Under the pieces are notes generated by a model. The model saw only the letters and a list, made by a program, of their open reading frames with translations. It did no database searches and was not told the origin of the DNA. Shown one piece after another: positions 55,980 through 64,000 of a DNA stretch of 64,000 nt. Both the position numbers and the translations under genes were made by a program. The first letter of the stretch is position 1. Each line of letters opens with the position of its first letter. Origin of the DNA: Octopus vulgaris (taxonomy: Eukaryota); the NCBI GenBank assembly GCA_951406725.2, contig OX597836.1, positions 23,932,001-23,996,000 on the forward strand, in the 5' to 3' direction.

Positions 55980-58900
55980 GCGAACACAAAGAGGGAGATG
56001 TTTCCCATCGCACTCGATGAGAAAACATGAGAACTTTCAAAAGCAAAACACATTATTAAGTTTAAGTCTAGTAAAGCAGCAGTACTCGTACCTCCCGAAA
56101 TGTTAGAGTCTAAACAAAAAAGACGGTCTATTTTAGATGCGTATCATGCAAGAGTAGGAGACCGATAATCGTCTCCATTAGTCAGGTTGAGAAGTCCCAA
56201 AAAGAAATTTTAACCGATGTGGTCCATATACAAAGAGGGAAGCTGTAGTAATCCATGAAAAACCAGAAATATCGAAAAGATCCCGGACCTGATTCAGCTG
56301 CCCAACAGGGTAGGTGGGGACTGCGTGTCGTTGTGGAAGGCAGGAAGATGCAATATCTGTGAGGGCCACAAGCCACCTCAGGGCCTTCTGTCCAAAAACG
56401 TTGAGTGGTACGCGGCCACACCTGCTGCCTATATCGCATCGCCAACAACAGAAACAGAAAGAACAAAGAACGTTTAACAAAACTGTCGCCTCATCTTCAA
56501 CAACAACAAAGGCACGTGAACCCCATACAATGGAGATAACCACCCAGAATGTCTCTCACACTAGCCCCAATCCCTCACACCCTCTCTCAAGCATACACTC
56601 ATACAGACACACTCACACTATCACAAAAACAGTCACCGCGACATATCCTACAGACACTAGTCCCTCTTCTTCCCGTACTGAAGACGTGGACGAATCTTAC
56701 AAAGCGAAAAAGCAACGAAGACAAAACTATAAGAAAGCAGGTGAACTTACACCAACACCTGAAAACACAGAAAACCCTAGCACATCGAACATAGACACAA
56801 CAAAATCAACACCAGCACCACCACCACCAGCACCACAACCACTACTACCCGAACCAAATCCATCAATGCACTCTATACAACATGTAGCCTCAAAAAGAAA
56901 GTTTACACTCACAAATACAGAAATACCCAATTATATGCTGGTATGGAGAGCCAACAAAAATTCGCTGGCTCTTATAGCCAGAAACAAAGTGATTGAGAGA
57001 GGGGTGCAATTTACGAAGAGATTTCCTAGAGGAACAACGACCAGATCCACAGCCCGAGTCATCGGGGTGCTAACAGCTCTAGGAGGCCAAGTAAACCCGT
57101 TATTTTCTTTTCCTTCACCCTTTCGAGCCGTCATCGCTATTGTCAGAGGGGGATCCATAAATGTTAAAATCAACCCCAGTACTTCACTGGTACTTATTTT
57201 ATTGACCCTGAAAAGATGCTTGCGGGCTGAGGTCGAGCTGGAAGCAAAGTCGTTTTCTCAATGACTTCAGGTCGCAAGAGTTAGATGTGAAAGTAGCCAG
57301 TGAGACCAGGATTTCCGACACGCGCTCTAGCACCCATTTTCGACGATAATGAGATCTACGCATCTCTTTGTCGACTCCGAATGAGAAGCGTGGTAGCTAT
57401 GCTCTTTAGGAAAGGTTTGGATCTCGAGGTTCGGAGTATCTTCCTGGACCCGGAGGGCTGGTTGGTGGTCCTGGATATCTTAAGACGTTTGAACCTCTTT
57501 TAGTAGTAGTGGGTGACTGAAACACCATCTTGGACGCACACCTGGATAGGGTAGGGATAGCTGATTGGAGAAGGGGGAGTATAATCCTCACAAACCAGCT
57601 CTGTCGTTTCCAGTTGGCTGACAGGTACTGAGTGGATTTTCCGAATGCGTCAATGTTGAGATCAGCAAACTGCATCGGGTCTTCCAGATCGTATCTGGAT
57701 AGAGTATTTTGTAGGTCTTTAAATAGTTCAGAATCGTCGGTTACACGGACCACAAATTTGTGATCTGATCGGTCGAAATAGATAGGGACCATAGACAGGG
57801 GCCCGAATACTGAAAGCTGAAAGCGTCGTTTCCGACGCACCAAGATTACAGATACTGTATTAGAAAATTAGTCCATCGGACGTTGGCTGGTGAAATCTTC
57901 AACAACCGACGGTGGATAGCCCTGTTGAGGAAGCTGCATGTTTCGATGGGCATCCCGCGGTAGTTTCGTATCGACTTATGCATACCACGTCACCATAATA
58001 ATGTCAAACATCTGGAAATCAAGGTGGTTGGCACTGCTCTAAGGGAATACAAAGCGGTGACAGGAGCAAAGATTAACCAGATGAGGGTGTGCCTGCAGTT
58101 TGGCACCTGAAGAGGCAGGTCCATGCCAACCGACAGCGTTGTAGGGCGCTGGATGGAAAGTCCGGTTAAATTTCTCGGGAGCTTGTTTGGCCCGGAACTC
58201 CAGGCGGACAAGAACTGGGTGGTGGTGACGAGCAGAGTGGTCAATCTCACCCATAAATGGGCTGAAAAGAAACTGTCCCTTAAGGGTTGGGCGGAGGTGG
58301 TGAATGCGTACATCGCTTCCGTCATTTACTACCTCCTGACCGTCATCCCTTGTTAGATAAAGCTCGAACACTTGCTCTTCCGCTTTCCGTGTTCCGCTGA
58401 TCAGACGGTCCATCTGCTGTCAACCTCTGCTGAGTAGGAATTTGGGCATGCCGTAGCTAATTATGCATCCACATGCGCTGAAGCTGTGATATCTCTAGCG
58501 TTTTCTTAACGGCAGTAGGTGAGGTTGCCGTTTGTCAAACGAGAATTTCCCGTAGATCGTTTGATAGACGGAGCTTCTGTGCTGGATCAAGCGTAGACCA
58601 AGAAAGGGAGTTTGGCACCTTGAATTTCAGGCAAGCGCTCACAGCTTTCTGACAGTCGGTCAACGCGGTCGGTAGAAGTTCCACTATGGATTTCTACAGG
58701 GGCTAGTGGTGGGCAAGAACGATGACATGCCTGGGAAAACTTTGGGCGTCGGAAGGGATGGGGGATTTGGGGCCAGGGTTAATGGATAAATTCCAGAAAT
58801 CCCTGGCCTGACAGTGCTGCCGGATAGCTCAGCCGGTTCGAGCGAAGCTCTACACGGAAGTGCTGTCATATGGATCTGCCCGAGGTATGCGCAGGGCGAT

Positions 58901-59345
58901 GAAACCGTTCTGCATACAATCGTCCATGTCTGTGCATGACTGGCTTGTGGAGCTTTGTCGAACAGCTATTGTCGCGTGTAGGACGAATCCGGTTATCAGT
59001 CAAAGCCATCGCGAGGATCGCCCCGCCGTGGGGTGGGGGGCAGTTTTCTTCTCACTGGTGGCTATAGCGAAAGAGATGATATAGTGGACGAGACTGAAGA
59101 AAGACATTCTCCTCTTCTGCCAAGCCCTCATCGACATTTTCAAGTTCTACTTCAAAGGGAAAGTGAGGGTAGAGAGGGAAGTACTGCCCCAAATAGTTTT
59201 GCTGAAAGGTGGATAAATATTGTGAAAATAGCTCGTGTGAATGGGCCTAAACAGAACATTCGCCAGTAAGCCGGAGCAGTTGAGGGGTGCTTGTTTGGGG
59301 TGCCCTTGGAAGTCGGGCTGACCAGGATTTGAGGGGTGCCCTGGC
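55980..59345 (+). mobile_element. Tx1-clade LINE, decayed: ORF1-like region, AP endonuclease, RT C-terminal part
   Basis: VVVEGRK plus ATSHLRAFCP (broken CCHC knuckle) near 56325-56395; DPEGWLVVLDI and RSYLDRVFC (endonuclease); KWAEKKLSLKGWAEVVNAYIASVIYY; CPRYAQGDETV. Confidence 0.72.
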
Positions 59346-59359
59346 TGGCCCTGGGTGGA

Positions 59360-60200
59360 ACATCGTTTGTCCTTTTGTCAATCTGCTGGGGATTTGTACT
59401 CTATTGAACAATGCATTGAATTGTTCTGCGATTAATTTATGGCAACTACTGAACATTTTTATCCCAAATCCCTGTACACCACTAGGTTCTGCTACTTTCC
59501 AATTACTTATATTTTTACTCATATTTCTGATACTGTCTTCTGTGAAGTGGATAGCCTCTTGCTGGGGATAAGAAGTTGTTTGCTTCAGGCTGCAGAGCCA
59601 TTCAGCTATAGTATTATGTTGTTCTTGCTTACTCCATATTTTACCCCAAAAAGTCGACTTTCATCAGCATCAGGAACTAATCTTTTACGTTTTGTATCAT
59701 CATTAATCAAAATTATTTACATTTGATGATATTTGTCCTCATCTTGTTTGTAGTTAACACAACGTTTCGGCTGATAACCACTACGCCATATGCCCGTTGA
59801 TAAAATCTATTTTGGTCAGTTCTAAGCAATTTGTTTTGCTGGTGTTGCTTAATCCGTTGTCCAAACCTAGTTAGCTTTGTTATTTTTGCGTGTATGCGGT
59901 GCTTTTGTTCTTCCATTATAACATTCATGCCGTTTGCATCTACACCATACTCCGTAATTTTTCGGATTTCCATTCTTTCTTAAGTTCTCCACTTCTTTTC
60001 CTGACAAGTTCTGACACTTCACTGTTCAAGGAACTTAAATCTTGAGAAATACTCCTTTTACACCACGGTTGTTTATTTTCTTTTCTATCCGTCGCTCTTT
60101 TATTCTCAGTAGTTCTCAGTCCCATCCTTTCCGCCACAATTCTATTAGCAGCCTTGATAAGATTATTTGTTTGTAAGATGTGAGATGTTCTTTGTTTCTT
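59360..60200 (-). mobile_element. R4/Dong-clade LINE remnant
   Basis: KQPWCKRSI, EEQKHRIHAKITKLTRFGQRIKQHQQNKLLRTDQNRFY, NWKVAEPSGVQGFGIK...PSRLTKGQT. Confidence 0.75.
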
Positions 60201-60256
60201 GCGAGCAATTTTCCATCTCTTCCACTATACCACTGTCGTTTCTCACATGCTCATTA

Positions 60257-60287
<31 letters not shown>

Positions 60288-60304
60288 TATTATTATTAGC
60301 TATA

Positions 60305-60445
60305 TACTGAGGATTAATAGCGGGGAAGTGCAACGACGTCCTCGAGGAGACCCTAGGCGTCGACGAAGACGAACTGGCAAGTCTATTCCGGAAGACTTTC
60401 GGGTTGGACAGTACTATGGATAATTTTCAGATGTCTTTGGATTTG
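60305..60445 (+). mobile_element. Tx1 LINE fragment
   Basis: GKCNDVLEETLGVDEDELASLFRKTFG...MDNFQMSL, homologous to 7290-7410. Confidence 0.7.
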
Positions 60446-60974
60446 GAAGAACATACATTTACAACACACTGATGAGTTTCATATGTGGGGATGGGTTGTC
60501 ATTTCTTTTCCATTTGAGGAAATGCTGATTTGCTTAAAATAAGACTAACTGCACTTAATGTTTTTAAACATCCAATCACATCACAAGAAACATGAATTTC
60601 ACCAATGTTAATTCCATCTTACGAATCTCAGCATATACATGATGCATCTCTTATCATCACTATTGGCGAAGTGCCTGCTTTATCAATCAATACATTGCAT
60701 ATAATTGAGATTATGGTACTCTGTTTGATAGATAGATATTTTTCTTCTAGTTAACTTTCGCCAGACAACTGATGTTATTCCAAGGAACACGAATTCCGAT
60801 ATACTAGAATTACGTATCAAATATTTTTCCTTATGTAAGTTATCCAACTCACAGTAAATGTGAAAACTGCTGAACAAAGAGAATTAACAAGTGTATTTTG
60901 AGCATTGAAGTAGGTGTCACTATGGATTTTTGAAAATATTCAAATGTAATTTCTACGGCACTTTAACTTGGCTT

Positions 60975-61123
60975 TGTAGTAAGTAGCTTGCTTACCAACC
61001 ACATAGTCCTGGGGATTCAGTCCCGCTGCGTGGAACCTTAGGCAAGTGCCTTCTAATATAGCCTCGGGCCGACCAAAGTCTTGTGAGTGGATTTGGTAGA
61101 CGGAAACTGAAAGAAGCCCCTCG

Positions 61124-61218
<95 letters not shown>

Positions 61219-61482
61219 GTGCGCGCGTCTGTGTGTGCGTGTGCGTCTGTGTGTGTGCGTGCGTGCGTACGTGTGTGTTTGTCTGTCTGTGTCTGTCCCC
61301 CCACCATCACTTGACAACCGATGTTGGTGCCTTTACGTCCCCATTACTTAACGGTTCGGCCAAAGAGGCCGATAGAATAAGTACTAGACTTACAAAGAAT
61401 AAGTCCTGGGATCGACTAAAGGTGGTGCTCCAGCATGGCCGCAGTCAAAGACTGAAACAAATAAAAGAAAAGAATAAAAGAA
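60975..61482 (+). mobile_element. SINE family B, head-truncated, with expanded (TG)n
   Basis: GTAAGTAGCTTGCTTACCAACCAC...; tail GGTGGTGCTCCAGCATGGCCGCAGTCAAAGACTGAAAC. Confidence 0.88.
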
Positions 61483-62061
61483 TATCACAGGATTTATTTA
61501 GTTTTGGTACGTATATACTAGGTTTATATCTAAATAAATCCTGAGATTTGGGTACATGGCACCATTTCAATAAAATTTTAATAGGCTACAAAAATGACTT
61601 TAAAGACGGAGTTTCGGGACAGGACACCCATATAAGTTGGATTTTGTGTTTGACGGGGATTTTTCCATTTCCTTTTTCGGATGATGGTCTTTGAAATGAT
61701 TTGAATAAGCTTTTTATGAAAAAGATTTTGAGAAGTTTATGATGTTTTCTACCACTCATACTTCCCCATCTCCTTCGGATCAATTTTGGCCATTTTTCGT
61801 TGCACTACGCGCTTAAAAATGATGGGAGAAACCTGTCCAGTAAAAAGAAATATTTATAAGTATTTTCAAAGATAATGGTGTGTGATTTAAGAGAGATTTA
61901 GCTGGTGTTTCTAGCACATCCCACGTCAGCCTGGTACCGTTCTCAGAATTGCATGTAGGCTTAGATAAAAAACATAGTGTAAAAGCTAATTCCTTGCTTT
62001 AAGCATTAAAAAACATAAGTTAAAGATATTAAAACATCTATGTCACAGCAAATTCGTTAGT

Positions 62062-62097
<36 letters not shown>

Positions 62098-64000
62098 ACT
62101 CAAAACGAACATGGAAACACTAACACAAATTATCTGACTGTATTCAAAATCAGAAAGAATCAACACATCTGACTTTAATAGTCTACAAAATTATATTCAT
62201 TGAACGATATAATTTTGTGGGGCGAAATCTGATCAGTATGTATCAAAGAAATACCAATATCCGCTAGGTAAAATTCGAATACACATTGTTAAAACAGCGG
62301 GAGAGAATAAACAACGTTCTTAACACAACGATCCCATGTTAAGTTTGGGCTTAATTTAGTTAATTCTTTGTAGAAATATACACTTACTTAGTAATTAACT
62401 CCTCCATTTCTTGTAATTCTGACTCAAACTCGATATTTGAAGTCTTGGATTTGTGTTCCGTTTGACCTCTCGCCGCGCGCGAATATGTCAGTTTGGCAAA
62501 TAGGACCAGTACATCACCCACTTTGTTGACTTTGCGGTTTTTCATCATATCGTGACCAGGTTTAGCAATGACCATATTGAATTCGAGAGAAATTTTTCTC
62601 CTTATATAAATCATGAAGAATATATGTTCTTTTCTAAATGAAAATTAAGGATAAAATTTTCACTTTTATAATTCGTAATGATTATCTGACCTACTCTAGT
62701 CGATTTTTATATCAAAATAAAGGAAAAACCTTCCTCTATATCATTTTCAACATAACTCAAGTTATAGCGCTCCAGCTAATTGAACTAGAATGAAGGCTAC
62801 CCTACAGCAGTTAAAAAAAAAGCCCCAAACGAGACAAACTTTGTAAATGCATGGAAATACCAGGTTGTTTGAAGGGCACTGGCATGATATGTAACCGTCG
62901 GATTTTAATTAAAGCTATATAGAAGGAAGTTCACATTCAGAACTTTTAAGTGATATTTGACTTTTTATGGGAAAATCTTTTTGACATGAAAATGAAGAAG
63001 CAAACAGTGCATTGTTGCGTTTTCAAATTGTGCTTGTCTCCATTGTACGACATTCTAATTGAAAATAACACTTTAATTAAGATTGTAGAATTTCGCAACT
63101 ACACACACCCTATACCATTAGGAATGACTGCCAATAAGGATACTGTACTAAAAAATTGTGCAAATTCAATCAGCATGCAGAATTTGGGAAGCCAGCCTTA
63201 TGAGCCTATGCCTCGAGATAGACTTTGATCCACCACCTTTTTTTATATATCAAAATGGGGAGTTTAAGGAAATGAAAATTATGTGATTGTTTTGATAAAA
63301 TTTCATAGTTAGTTAAACACCACTACTTACATTCATAAAAAAATATTGTAAATTGTAAATACACAAATGAAAAATCTGTTTTATCTAATATGTTAAATTA
63401 ATAAAAATATTTTTCAAAATTGGTATCCTTTTCGTTTTCTTGTATGTATGTATGTATGTATGTATGTATGTATGTATGTATGTATGTATGTATGTATGTA
63501 TGTATGTATGTATGTATTTGTGTGTTTTACTTAGTATATACATACATACATACATACATATATATATATATATATGAACGTATATAGTCTCTGTGTGTGT
63601 GTGTGAATGTGTGGGAGTGAATGTGTGAGTGTGTGTGGATGTGTGTGATAGAAATATCGGGTAGTATCAAGTTGAGGTTCAACAAGTCTAGATATTCAGT
63701 AGATGCTAGTTTCCGAAGTATTAAGTTCTGATAGTTAAAGCATTACATTACTATATTAGAATTGTAATTGCTCGTTCCATGTTATGGATACGTTTCAATC
63801 GATATTTTTATTTTATGTATTCCAGAGCGATAACAATCTACTGAGGTTAGGTGGTTCGCTATCTTAGGTTAATGATTTAATATTACTTAATTATTAAAGA
63901 CTGAGTTTTATGACTAAATACAGTATACGAAGTTGGCAGTTTTATCCTAGTAAGCAGTTGGAGAAGTTGTATTGACGAATACTTTGTTAGCTTGCAGTCC

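Noticed and set aside
55561-56053. Ala/Val/Thr-rich and Cys/Leu-rich ORFs
   Set aside because: Degenerate triplet repeats, open in several frames, with no domain or clear splice signals.
56314-57264. 316-aa Thr/Pro-rich ORF as a host gene
   Set aside because: It sits upstream of Tx1 endonuclease remnants, has a broken zinc knuckle and runs through a SINE fragment; best read as decayed LINE ORF1.

Overview
AT-rich, microsatellite-dense animal DNA, most likely an octopus (inferred from the tRNA-derived SINE families and repeat landscape; not proven). The only host-gene sequence I can find is one 287-bp + strand exon (26897-27183) encoding the middle of a Wnt1/wingless-type ligand, with canonical AG/GT ends; it is absent from the ORF track. 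The rest of the window appears to be two very long introns filled with mobile DNA: five CR1-clade LINE copies, several Tx1-clade and R4/Dong-clade LINE remnants, a Penelope-like GIY-YIG fragment, hammerhead-ribozyme motifs, three SINE families, three Helitron-type elements and two Tc1-like transposons with non-canonical catalytic spacing (DD36E and DD37E). The most notable unexplained structures are a 138-bp, one-mismatch inverted duplication of unique intron sequence downstream of the Wnt1 exon, a complex ~1.1-kb foldback next to an intact minimal hammerhead motif, and a covarying 3' stem-loop shared by the CR1 LINE and one SINE. I found no convincing new multi-gene system. All calls were made by eye, without database searches, and remnant boundaries are approximate.
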